NCBI GenBank assembly: GCA_031276035.1
Contig: JAISNV010000024.1
Location: forward strand, 10,446 to 74,445
Direction of reading: 5' to 3'
DNA: 64,000 bases
Source: Bacteroidales bacterium
GTDB lineage: Bacteria; Bacteroidota; Bacteroidia; Bacteroidales; BM520
Below are positions 33,881 to 42,890 of the stretch, piece after piece. Numbering within the stretch: position 1 is the stretch's first letter; each line of letters starts with the position of its first letter. A model generated the notes under the pieces. It ran no database searches, was not told the DNA's origin, and saw only the letters and a program-made list of their open reading frames with translations. Both the position numbers and the translations under genes were made by a program.

Positions 33881-35071
33881 TTACAATAGGGCTTCTACTC
33901 CGGGTAATTTCTTCCCTTCTATATATTCAAGCATTGCTCCGCCGCCTGTAGATATATAACTAATTTTATCCGTAAGTTTATATTTCTTTACTGCCGAAAC
34001 CGAATCACCGCCTCCTATTAACGAATAAGCACCTTTTTCAGTAGCTTTTGCAACTGCTTCCGCTGTTTTATGAGTTCCTTCCGAAAACTTTTCCATTTCA
34101 AAAACTCCCATCGGACCGTTCCATAAGATTGTTTTTGAATTTATAATAATTTCTTCGATTTCTTTCTGGGATTTCGGACCGATATCTAATCCCATCCAAC
34201 CGTCTTTTATATCACCGGCATCCATAATTTCAGTATTTGCATCTTCTGCAAATTTATCGGCAGCAACAACATCAACCGGAATATATATTTTAACGGATTC
34301 TTTCTTAGCTTTTTGAAGAACTTTTTTTGCTATTTCCAAAAAATCTTCCTCAACAAGTGAGTTTCCGATTTTTCCGCCTTCCGCTTTTACAAAAGTAAAC
34401 ATCATTCCGCCACCGATAATAATATTGTCGGCTTTGTTTATCAAATTTTCCACAAGTAAAATTTTATCCGAGACCTTTGCTCCTCCGAGAATAGCAGTAA
34501 ACGGACGTTTAGCATGAGTCATAACTTCTTCTAAAGCTTCAACTTCTTTCGCCATTAATAATCCGAAAGCCTTATGGTCTTTATCAAAATAATTTGCAAT
34601 AATTGTTGTAGATGCATGAGCTCTGTGAGCCGTACCGAATGCATCATTAACATAAAAATCTCCCAAGGAAGCCAATTTCTCAGCAAACACTTCATCGCCT
34701 TTTTCTTCTTCTTTATGAAAACGTAAATTCTCCAAAAGTAAAACCTCGCCATTATGCAAATTTTTTGCTGCTTCAACAGCAGACTTTCCAATACAATCAT
34801 CTGCAAATAAAACTTTGGTGTCTAATTTTTGTTGGAGATAATTAACCAAATGTTTTAATGAAAATTTTTCTTCCGGACCGTTTTTCGGACGACCGAGATG
34901 AGACATCAAAATGACCGAACCGCCGTCGTCTAAAATCTTATTGATAGTTGGCAAAGCTGCATCAATACGGTTAGTACTCGTGATTTCGAATTTTTCATTT
35001 AAAGGGACATTGAAATCAACTCTTATTAAAACTTTCATCCCATTGAAATTAAAGTCGTTAATTGTTTTCAT
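33881..35071 (-). CDS. pgk: Phosphoglycerate kinase
   Basis: 396 aa; RVDFNVP, SHLGRP and GGGDS motifs. Confidence 0.95.
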   Translation of the reverse strand: MKTINDFNFNGMKVLIRVDFNVPLNEKFEITSTNRIDAALPTINKILDDGGSVILMSHLGRPKNGPEEKFSLKHLVNYLQQKLDTKVLFADDCIGKSAVEAAKNLHNGEVLLLENLRFHKEEEKGDEVFAEKLASLGDFYVNDAFGTAHRAHASTTIIANYFDKDHKAFGLLMAKEVEALEEVMTHAKRPFTAILGGAKVSDKILLVENLINKADNIIIGGGMMFTFVKAEGGKIGNSLVEEDFLEIAKKVLQKAKKESVKIYIPVDVVAADKFAEDANTEIMDAGDIKDGWMGLDIGPKSQKEIEEIIINSKTILWNGPMGVFEMEKFSEGTHKTAEAVAKATEKGAYSLIGGGDSVSAVKKYKLTDKISYISTGGGAMLEYIEGKKLPGVEALL

Positions 35072-35091
35072 ACTAAAGTAATAATTTGCTG

Positions 35092-35138
35092 CAAAGATAG
35101 ATAAATAATTGAAAATTGAGAGTTGAGAATTGAGAATT
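35092..35138 (-). promoter_or_regulatory. pgk promoter module: -7 box TATCTTTG, 7-nt spacer, four phased heptads
   Basis: Plus strand: CAAAGATA (35092..35099), then AATTGAA AATTGAG AGTTGAG AATTGAG (35107..35134). Same geometry as the module at 25095..25141. Confidence 0.6.
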
Positions 35139-35176
35139 TGTTGTTTACATCATTCCGAAAGCATGCAACATAAATA

Positions 35177-35205
35177 CCCACAAGCATGAACATGTTATGC
35201 TCGGG
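35177..35205 (-). terminator. Candidate intrinsic terminator hairpin about 210 nt downstream of rsmG
   Basis: Minus sense: CCCGAGCAUAACAUGUUCAUGCUUGUGGG forms about 9 bp with one bulge, followed by UAUUUAUGUU. Sits just upstream of the pgk promoter module. Confidence 0.35.
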
Positions 35206-35417
35206 ATATTCAAATTAGACATATTATGGTGCCACCCCATAAATCACCTGAGTTTATCAACACGTCATCCAAACAAATAATACAAGAATTGCAACGCATT
35301 AAAATTCAAAAAAACAAAATATCAAAATAAAAGTGATAAAGTGAGGGGAAAACAAGAGACATGCAATAATCATAATGCTGTTTATAAAAAACATTTTATC
35401 ATTCTGTCTAAAAAAAC

Positions 35418-36038
35418 TCAATGCTCTATATATACTATATCTTTCTCTTCAAAATATTCTTCTTCAAAATAACTTGAAATCGGAAATATTCGGTAATTCT
35501 TATTAATTGTCTCTAATTCTTCCTTATAATCACCTCCTTTAAGATATAAAATACCATTTGAAAGGGAATTTTTATTCTCTTTCAAAAACTTTCCTGAGGT
35601 AAAATTCATAAAATTAGGGAGAGCGGTTACTGCTCGCGAAACAATAAAATCGTATTTACTCCTTAAATCCTCCGCCCTAATTTGTTGACAAGTTACATTA
35701 GTAATGTTCAACTCTTTAGATATTGCATCTACAACTTTGATTTTTTTCCCAATTGAATCAATAAGATGAAATTCTACTTCGGTAAAAGCAATTGCCAAAG
35801 GCAGTCCGGGAAATCCACCGCCGGTGCCTATATCTAAAACTTTCGTTCCGCTAACAAATTGAATTACTTTGGCAATACTCAATGAATGCAATAAATGATT
35901 TATATCAAAATTATCAATATCCTTACGTGAAATAACATTTATAGATGAATTCCAAAGAATAATCTGTTCTTTAAGAAAGTTGAATTTTTTCATTTGCTCT
36001 TCGGAAAATTCAGGAAAGTATTTTTCTAATATTTTCAT
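35418..36038 (-). CDS. rsmG: 16S rRNA (guanine527-N7)-methyltransferase
   Basis: 206 aa; SAM-binding motif VLDIGTGGGFPGLPLAI typical of RsmG/GidB. Confidence 0.88.
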   Translation of the reverse strand: MKILEKYFPEFSEEQMKKFNFLKEQIILWNSSINVISRKDIDNFDINHLLHSLSIAKVIQFVSGTKVLDIGTGGGFPGLPLAIAFTEVEFHLIDSIGKKIKVVDAISKELNITNVTCQQIRAEDLRSKYDFIVSRAVTALPNFMNFTSGKFLKENKNSLSNGILYLKGGDYKEELETINKNYRIFPISSYFEEEYFEEKDIVYIEH

Positions 36039-36050
36039 TCTGCAAAAATA
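36039..36050 (-). promoter_or_regulatory. rsmG promoter: TATTTTTG-CAGA, then ATG (leaderless-type spacing)
   Basis: Perfect TAnnTTTG at 36043..36050 (minus sense), exactly 4 nt before the ATG at 36038. Confidence 0.55.
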
Positions 36051-36368
36051 GACAGAACCATAAAATTTTCAAAATTAACAAAATCATTTAGCTGTTGATT
36101 TATTAACAACATATTTACAGTAACAATGGGTATAAATATTTGTAAGAAAAAAAATATTTTTAAACAATTTGATGTTTTAATTGCCACATTATCAAAGAAA
36201 TTAATCCTTACATCTTTCACCCTGTTAAAATATTGTTAATAACTGTATACTTTTTTCTTTCGTTTATTTAAACCTATATTATTACTTTAGCAAAATGTAG
36301 GTCATGATTTTTTTTGACTTGGATATAGCTAATAAACAATTTTTTACAAAACATCAAATTTAAACAAA

Positions 36369-39086
36369 ATGGGTTCGGATAGTTTATTATTTAATTTAGA
36401 CGACAATATTACGATTCAAAAAAACGATTCAAAAAATGAATCGGAAAAAGAGACGTATTTACAAAAATTAGAAAACACAAGAGAGGTACCTTCTCTAGTG
36501 CAAAAAAACAACGAAAATAAACCTTCCGAAACTACAGGCATTAAGTCTGAAAATAAAAACAATCGAGTGAAATATTCAATAGAAGAAGCTAAAAAAGAAG
36601 CAACTAAGTATTTTAAAGGAGACGATCTTGCTGCAGATGTGTGGGTAAAGAAATATGCTCTAAAAGATTCTAACGGCAATATTTACGAAAAAAGTCCCGA
36701 TGAAATGCACCGAAGAATCGCATCGGAAATAGCACGCATAGAGAGAAACTATACGAATCCTCTCAACGAGGATTTAATTTATGAATTGCTGAGAGATTTC
36801 AAATACGTTATCCCGGCAGGCAGTCCGATGGCAGGAATTGGAAATGATATGCAAATATCATCATTATCAAACTGTTTTGTCATCGGTACGGAAGGTGGTT
36901 CGGATTCTTACGGAGCAATTCTTAAAATAGATCAGGAACAAGTGCAATTAATGAAACGCAGAGGAGGCGTCGGCCATGATCTCAGCCATATTCGTCCTAC
37001 AGGCAGTCATGTAAACAATACAGCCCTAACCTCAACAGGAGTAGTTCCTTTTATGGAAAGATATTCCAACTCAACTCGCGAAGTTGCTCAAGACGGCCGT
37101 CGCGGAGCACTAATGCTTTCAATATCCATAAAACATCCCGATGCGGAAAAATTCATCGATGCAAAACTAGCTCAAGGTAAAATTACCGGAGCTAACATAT
37201 CCGTAAAAATAGACGATGAATTCATGAATTGCGTTAGAGAAGGAAAGGAATATATCCAACGGTTCCCTATAGATTCCGAAAACCCTATGTTCACAAAATC
37301 TATAAACGCAACCGAATTATGGAATAAAATTATTCACAATGCGTGGGCTTCTGCCGAACCGGGTGTGCTTTTTTGGGATACAATAAAAAACGAATCGGTT
37401 CCTGATTGTTACAAAGACTACGGATTCGAAACGGTTTCTACAAATCCTTGCGGAGAGATTCCGCTTTGCCCGTACGACAGTTGCAGACTTATAGCATTAA
37501 ATCTTTACAGCTACGTAGAAAATCCGTTTACAGATAAAGCATATTTCAATACTGAAAAATTCAAAAAACATGTTCATCTGACCCAGAGAATTATGGATGA
37601 CATTGTAGATCTGGAAATTGAAAAAGTTAATACGATTCTGAAAAAGATTGAAAATGATCCTGAATCGGAAGAGACAAAACGTGTTGAGCAGAACTTGTGG
37701 CTTAAAATTAAAGATAAAAGCGTCAAAGGAAGACGTATGGGAATAGGTATTACAGCCGAAGGAGATATGCTCGCCGCAATGGGTTACCGTTACGGTTCCG
37801 ACCTCGGAATTGAATTTGCTACTGAAATCCAAAAGCTGGTTGCTTGCGAATCTTATCGTGCTTCTGTTGATTTGGCCGAAGAAAGAGGAGCATTTCCAAT
37901 TTTCAACTATCAACTCGAAAAAAAGAATCCTCTTATCAATCGTATCGAAAAAGAATATCCCGAAATTATTGATAAAATGGCAAAAGTAGGAAGAAGAAAT
38001 ATTGCCCTGCTTACAATTGCTCCTACCGGCAGCGTTAGTATTTGTACGCAAACAACTTCCGGAATTGAACCGGCATTCATGATTTACTACAAAAGACGTA
38101 AAAAAGTGAATCCGAATGATAAAGCGGAACGTATTGATTTTGTTGATAATGCCGGCGATTCTTTCCAAGAATTTAATGTCTTCCACCATAATTTTATCAC
38201 GTGGCTGAAAGTCAATAATTATGATGTTGATGAAGTTATGAATTATAGTGCCGATGAGCTCGACAAATTGATTGAAAAATCACCATATCATCTTGCTACA
38301 TCAAAAGATATCGATTGGGTTGCAAAGGTTAAAATGCAGGGAGCTATGCAGAAATGGGTTGATCATTCGATTTCCGTTACTGTAAATATTCCAAATGATG
38401 TTACCGAAGATGTTGTAAGTACTATTTACCAAACAGCCTGGGAAAGCGGTTGCAAAGGAATGACTATTTATCGCGACGGCAGCAGGGAAGGTGTTCTTGT
38501 TTCGCATGATACGAAAATGGAAGAAACGGCTTTTAAAGAAACTAAAGCGCCGCCACGCCCGCAAAGACTTGAAGCCGATGTTGTAAGATTTCAGAATAAT
38601 TATGAACAATGGATAGCTGTTGTAGGACTTCTGGACGGCAAACCTTATGAAATTTTTACAGGTAAAGCCGAAGATTTCTGGATTCATCCCAAAATAAGCA
38701 AAGGTTGGGTTGTAAAGAATAAAGATTTGAAAAATGGAGTCAGCAGATATGATTTCGAATTTTTAGATCAAGACGGATTCGACGGACATATCAGCGGGCT
38801 CTCACGCTCTTTCGATAAACAATACTGGAATTATGCGAAATTGATTTCCGGAATTCTTCGTCATGGAATGCCTTTACCATCAGCTATCAAATTAATTCAA
38901 AACATGCATTTCGAAGAAGATCATATCAACACATGGAAAAATGGCGTTGCAAGAGCTTTAAAACGCTATATTCCGGACGGTATGTCTGCCGGAAGAACTT
39001 GTCCGGAATGTAAATCTCCTAATTTCGTACTTGTTGAAGGTTGTGAAGTATGTAAAGATTGCGGACACTCGAAATGTGGAGGATAA
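36369..39086 (+). CDS. nrdJ: Class II (adenosylcobalamin-dependent) ribonucleotide reductase with C-terminal Zn-ribbon tail
   Basis: RNR core motifs (SNCFV, NPCGEIPL, TIAPTGS), C-terminal CPECKS...CEVCKDCGHSKCGG. About 66 aa of K/N/E/S-rich sequence precede the conserved N-terminus, so the true start is uncertain (alternative GTG at 36567). Confidence 0.88.
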   Translation: MGSDSLLFNLDDNITIQKNDSKNESEKETYLQKLENTREVPSLVQKNNENKPSETTGIKSENKNNRVKYSIEEAKKEATKYFKGDDLAADVWVKKYALKDSNGNIYEKSPDEMHRRIASEIARIERNYTNPLNEDLIYELLRDFKYVIPAGSPMAGIGNDMQISSLSNCFVIGTEGGSDSYGAILKIDQEQVQLMKRRGGVGHDLSHIRPTGSHVNNTALTSTGVVPFMERYSNSTREVAQDGRRGALMLSISIKHPDAEKFIDAKLAQGKITGANISVKIDDEFMNCVREGKEYIQRFPIDSENPMFTKSINATELWNKIIHNAWASAEPGVLFWDTIKNESVPDCYKDYGFETVSTNPCGEIPLCPYDSCRLIALNLYSYVENPFTDKAYFNTEKFKKHVHLTQRIMDDIVDLEIEKVNTILKKIENDPESEETKRVEQNLWLKIKDKSVKGRRMGIGITAEGDMLAAMGYRYGSDLGIEFATEIQKLVACESYRASVDLAEERGAFPIFNYQLEKKNPLINRIEKEYPEIIDKMAKVGRRNIALLTIAPTGSVSICTQTTSGIEPAFMIYYKRRKKVNPNDKAERIDFVDNAGDSFQEFNVFHHNFITWLKVNNYDVDEVMNYSADELDKLIEKSPYHLATSKDIDWVAKVKMQGAMQKWVDHSISVTVNIPNDVTEDVVSTIYQTAWESGCKGMTIYRDGSREGVLVSHDTKMEETAFKETKAPPRPQRLEADVVRFQNNYEQWIAVVGLLDGKPYEIFTGKAEDFWIHPKISKGWVVKNKDLKNGVSRYDFEFLDQDGFDGHISGLSRSFDKQYWNYAKLISGILRHGMPLPSAIKLIQNMHFEEDHINTWKNGVARALKRYIPDGMSAGRTCPECKSPNFVLVEGCEVCKDCGHSKCGG

Positions 39087-39168
39087 AATGAAGGAGGAAA
39101 GAGTTAACAATTAACAAATAATATGTTAATTCATAAAATTTTGTCATTCTGTCTATAAAATATTTACT

Positions 39169-40575
39169 ATGAAAAAATTAATATTATTACTCGCAATCCT
39201 CGCAATTATAACAACTGCTTTTGCTGCAGAGCCGGATACGACATCAGTAAAAAAAGAAAAAATTAAAAAAGGATGGAACTTCGGCGGACTACCGGTTGTA
39301 TCTTTTAATACCGACCTTGGATTTCAATACGGGGCATTGGTTAACGCCTTTGATTACGGCGACGGCAGCAGATATCCGGACTATAACCGTTCTTTCAAAG
39401 TAGAAGTATCTACTTATACTAAGGGAAGTAGTGTTTTTCAATTTTTTTACGACGATAAAGCGTTGCTCCCGAAAGGTATCAGAATGACAACCGATATTAG
39501 TTATCTGCCCAGCAGAGCCGATCATTTTTATGGTTTCAACGGGGCAATGGCAATTTTCAATGAAGATTTCTCAGACGATTCGTCGGAAAATTATATTTCG
39601 AGGATGTATTATCGACAAAAAAGAAATATGTTACGATTTACTATTGATCTTCAACAAAATATAGGAAAGAGTGATTTCAAATGGCTCGCAGGCATCGGCG
39701 TTTATAATTTTAGAATGGGTACTGTTGATATCGATAAGTTAAATAAAAATAAGGATGAAGACAAAATGTTGCCTGATGTTGATTTGCTTTATGATAATTA
39801 TGTAAAATGGGGAATTATCAGTGAAAAAGAAGCTGACGGCGGTTTAAGCACTTTTGTGAAATTCGGTGCAATCTATGATACACGTGATATTGAGGCTAAT
39901 CCTAACAAGGGAATTTGGACCGAACTTCTTTTTAATATTTCACCTGCGATATTCAAAGCTGCCGACCAAATGAGTTACGGATTAATTGCCCTAACTCACA
40001 GACAATATATTACTTTAGTTCGTAATAAACTTACTTTTGCGTACAGATTAGGTTATCAAGGAACTTTATTCGGTGAAGTTCCTTATTATGTACAACCTTT
40101 TATGATAAGTTCTTATTCCGCAGCCACAACATCCGACGGGCTCGGAGGTGCAAAATCGTTACGGGGAATTCTAAAAACAAGAGTTTACGGATCTCATTTC
40201 GCTTACGGGAATATCGAATTAAGATGGCGGTTTGTTAATTTTACTCTCGGAAAACAAAATATATATCTTACCCTGGCCCCTTTCGTGGATCTCGGAAGTA
40301 CTATTGTTCAAATGAAAAAAGATGAAATAAATTACGCAATTGAACAGTTAAGTCTGTCTGATGATGATCCCACAAAAAAAGAAGAGTTTAAAGGATATGA
40401 TGTAAATGATTTTTTTGATACTTCAAGAAAATCGGATAAATTGCATATTGGCTATGGCGCCGGATTTTATTTCTCGATGAATCATAATTTTGTTGTCGCC
40501 ATCAATTACGGAAGAGCTGCCGACAAAAATGACGGCAGAAGCGGATTTTATATAAACATCGGCTTTGTGTTCTAA
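39169..40575 (+). CDS. Omp85/BamA-TamA-superfamily outer-membrane beta-barrel protein
   Basis: Signal peptide (AFAAEP), long beta-strand-pattern body, C-terminal GFYINIGFVF ending in Phe. Confidence 0.5.
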   Translation: MKKLILLLAILAIITTAFAAEPDTTSVKKEKIKKGWNFGGLPVVSFNTDLGFQYGALVNAFDYGDGSRYPDYNRSFKVEVSTYTKGSSVFQFFYDDKALLPKGIRMTTDISYLPSRADHFYGFNGAMAIFNEDFSDDSSENYISRMYYRQKRNMLRFTIDLQQNIGKSDFKWLAGIGVYNFRMGTVDIDKLNKNKDEDKMLPDVDLLYDNYVKWGIISEKEADGGLSTFVKFGAIYDTRDIEANPNKGIWTELLFNISPAIFKAADQMSYGLIALTHRQYITLVRNKLTFAYRLGYQGTLFGEVPYYVQPFMISSYSAATTSDGLGGAKSLRGILKTRVYGSHFAYGNIELRWRFVNFTLGKQNIYLTLAPFVDLGSTIVQMKKDEINYAIEQLSLSDDDPTKKEEFKGYDVNDFFDTSRKSDKLHIGYGAGFYFSMNHNFVVAINYGRAADKNDGRSGFYINIGFVF

Positions 40576-40630
40576 CAATAAACTTATTCTTATTTCGTTT
40601 TATTTTTTATTGTAAAATTAATTTATCATC

Positions 40631-41647
40631 ATGTTTAAAGCTTTAGATATTGCTCCTATAATTAACGGAAAAATAATTGGAGATCCGGAAGTTAGAATAA
40701 ATGGATTTTCAAAAATAGAAGAAAGTACTCCGGGAACTTTAAGTTTTCTTTCTTCGGATAAATATTCACAATATTTGGAAAATGCAAAAGCAAGTATTAT
40801 TGTTATTAGTAAAAACCTTGTTCCTGAAAAACCTGTTAATAATACTCTTATCGTTGTAGATGACGCTTATAAATCAGTTATCGAATTAATGAATATTTAT
40901 AATCAAAACATTGAAAAAGAATATGCGGGAATTTCGGAGAATGCACATGTTGAACCGGGAACTATAATTGCGGAAAATTGCTATATCGGTGATTGTACTA
41001 TAGTAACTTCCGGCTGCGAAATAGGAAGCAACACTAAAATTTACGCTCAGGTTTATCTGGGCAAGAACGTCACAATAGGTTCAAATACAAAAATTTATCC
41101 GGGTGTTAAAATCTATGCGAATTGTCGTATCGGAAATAATTGTATAATCAATGCCGGAACTATCATAGGTGCCGACGGCTTCGGCTTCATTCAAGAAAAC
41201 GGCAAAAATATAAAAGTTCCGCACCTCGGAAATGTAGTAATAGAAAACGACGTTGAAATAGGTGCAAACTGTACCATAGACAAAGCAACTCTCGGCTCAA
41301 CGATTATCCGTCAAGGTGTTAAAATGGATAATCTGATTCATGTTGCACATAATGTTGAAATCGGAAAAAATACAGTAATAGCCTCGCAGGCAGGAATTGC
41401 AGGATCAACAAAAATTGGCGACAATTGTATGATCGGCGGGCAGGTAGGTATTATAGATCATATCGTAATAGGCAATAATGTGAAAATTATAGCTCAATCG
41501 GGCGTTATTACAAAGATTAAAGATAATGAGACATTTATGGGTACTCCGGCCTTTAATTCTTTCGACTATAAGAGAAGTTATTCGTATTTTCGCAAACTTC
41601 CCGAAAAGTTTAAACAGTTAGAAGATGACGCAAAAAACAATAAATAA
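40631..41647 (+). CDS. lpxD: UDP-3-O-acylglucosamine N-acyltransferase
   Basis: 338 aa, left-handed beta-helix hexapeptide repeats, motif GADGFGF, conserved HNV.IG. Confidence 0.9.
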   Translation: MFKALDIAPIINGKIIGDPEVRINGFSKIEESTPGTLSFLSSDKYSQYLENAKASIIVISKNLVPEKPVNNTLIVVDDAYKSVIELMNIYNQNIEKEYAGISENAHVEPGTIIAENCYIGDCTIVTSGCEIGSNTKIYAQVYLGKNVTIGSNTKIYPGVKIYANCRIGNNCIINAGTIIGADGFGFIQENGKNIKVPHLGNVVIENDVEIGANCTIDKATLGSTIIRQGVKMDNLIHVAHNVEIGKNTVIASQAGIAGSTKIGDNCMIGGQVGIIDHIVIGNNVKIIAQSGVITKIKDNETFMGTPAFNSFDYKRSYSYFRKLPEKFKQLEDDAKNNK

Positions 41648-42521
41648 TCCGGTAACTATTGAAGGCACCGGACTTCATACCAACAAAAAATCCGTTGTTA
41701 AACTTTTTCCCGCAGATATTGACTCGGGAATACTTTTCCAAAGAACCGATTTAGAAAACCGTCCGCTTGTAAAAGCCATCGAAAAAAATACATTTGCATT
41801 TAATAGGAGCACCTCCATAAAGAGTGGAAACGCCTCTATATCAACCATTGAACACTTTATGGCTTGCTTTACTATTTTAGGAATCGACAATATTCTGGTT
41901 CAGGTTGATGCCGAAGAAATGCCCATCTTAGACGGAAGCGCTTTACCGATTTACAATTTGCTTAATAATAATCTCATCGAACAAAATAAAGAAAAAGAAT
42001 TTCTGACAATTAAAGACGATTTTGAATATTTTTCCGGAGATTCCTATGTAAAAGTTTCTCCTTATAACGGATTTAAAATCGATATAAGAGTTGAATATCC
42101 CTATCCCATCGGGGTTCAAGAAATGACTTACGATCAAGAAAAAGACACAGAGCTTGTCAAAGATATTGTTTCCGCCAGAACCTTTGTTTTTTTAAGTGAG
42201 CTGGAATTTCTTCTGAAAAATAATCTTATAAAAGGCGGCAACTTTGACAATGCACTTGTTTTCGCAGATAAAATATTAACCGATGACCAATCCGAATATC
42301 TCTGCAAAATGTTCAACAAATCGAATATAAAAGTTACCGATTACGGAATGTTGAATAATACAACATTAAGAAGTCCGAAAGAACTCGTTTGCCATAAACT
42401 TTTAGATATGATAGGCGATCTCTCATTAATAGGGAAATCAGTGAAAGGACATTTTACAGCCTATAAACCGGGGCATGCTGTAAATAGCGGGATAGCAAAA
42501 AAAATAATCGGAGAAGAATAA
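41625..42521 (+). CDS. lpxC: UDP-3-O-acyl-N-acetylglucosamine deacetylase, stand-alone (no FabZ fusion)
   Basis: N-terminal MTQKTI...IEGTGLHT, STIEH, ARTFVF and GHF.AYKPGHA.N motifs. 298 aa; 23-nt overlap with lpxD. Confidence 0.88.
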   Translation: MTQKTINNPVTIEGTGLHTNKKSVVKLFPADIDSGILFQRTDLENRPLVKAIEKNTFAFNRSTSIKSGNASISTIEHFMACFTILGIDNILVQVDAEEMPILDGSALPIYNLLNNNLIEQNKEKEFLTIKDDFEYFSGDSYVKVSPYNGFKIDIRVEYPYPIGVQEMTYDQEKDTELVKDIVSARTFVFLSELEFLLKNNLIKGGNFDNALVFADKILTDDQSEYLCKMFNKSNIKVTDYGMLNNTTLRSPKELVCHKLLDMIGDLSLIGKSVKGHFTAYKPGHAVNSGIAKKIIGEE

Positions 42522-42772
42522 GAACTAAAAGTATAAATATTTTTTTATACAACTCCCTGCGAAATAATAAATTGTATTATTTTATAATTTCTCATTTTTC
42601 TGATTGATAAAATCAGGAATACAAGATTTGTGTCCGCTAAATTATTTTTCAAAATTATTTGCAAATATTAAAATTATTTTTAATTTTGACGCGTATTTTA
42701 TTAACTTTCAATTTAGGAAAATAACAGAATAGTTTGTAAAAATGAACGAATTTTAGACCAACGATTATTTAA

Positions 42773-42780
42773 TAAATTTG
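42773..42780 (+). promoter_or_regulatory. -7 promoter box TAAATTTG upstream of the small beta-barrel gene
   Basis: Perfect TAnnTTTG 110 nt upstream of ATG 42891. Confidence 0.35.
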
Positions 42781-42890
42781 TACCAATTATGATTTAAATT
42801 GCAAAAAATCTCAACAAGACTCCGATTTTTTTCAATGTTAAGTTGTAAAAAGGTATTTTTTAGAAGCATACCTAATTAAAGCCATAAACT

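Noticed and set aside
35299-35394. 31-aa hydrophobic minus-strand ORF (MFFINSIMIIACLLFSPHFITFILIFCFFEF) in the rsmG-pgk spacer
   Set aside because: It has no promoter box and is built largely from T-runs (Phe/Ile codons) expected by chance in AT-rich DNA. There is no lipobox or charge pattern. It cannot be supported without expression or conservation data.
36035-36220. 61-aa minus-strand ORF in the rsmG/nrdJ divergent spacer
   Set aside because: It overlaps the rsmG start and promoter box, is Ile/Phe/Asn-rich, and has no upstream promoter box. Most likely spurious.
36271-36330. Possible NrdR boxes upstream of nrdJ (CCTATATT at 36273 and GGATATAGC at 36321)
   Set aside because: Only half-site-level similarity to the ACACTATATATAGTGT-type consensus, and the roughly 49-nt spacing is not the tandem-box spacing described for NrdR operators.
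37497-38189. 230-aa ORF antisense to nrdJ (the longest unexplained ORF in the track)
   Set aside because: It is exactly in phase with the nrdJ codons, so its stops can only arise from sense TTA/CTA/TCA. It therefore only reflects nrdJ codon choice. Its sequence is low-complexity (F/I/N/S/R-rich), with no promoter box or recognisable motif. It is a shadow ORF.
39139-39155. 17-nt similarity TTTTGTCATTCTGTCTA (39139) versus TTTTATCATTCTGTCTA (35394), with a looser copy near 48548
   Set aside because: A 16/17 match is within what an AT-rich 64-kb window produces by chance when all pairs on both strands are considered. The copies have no consistent position relative to genes.
42522-42890. Search for a decayed fabZ, IS end or att site in the 369-nt spacer after lpxC
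   Set aside because: No frame shows FabZ-like motifs, and there are no long inverted or direct repeats, only short AT-rich hairpins (for example CTGATT/AATCAG near 42600).
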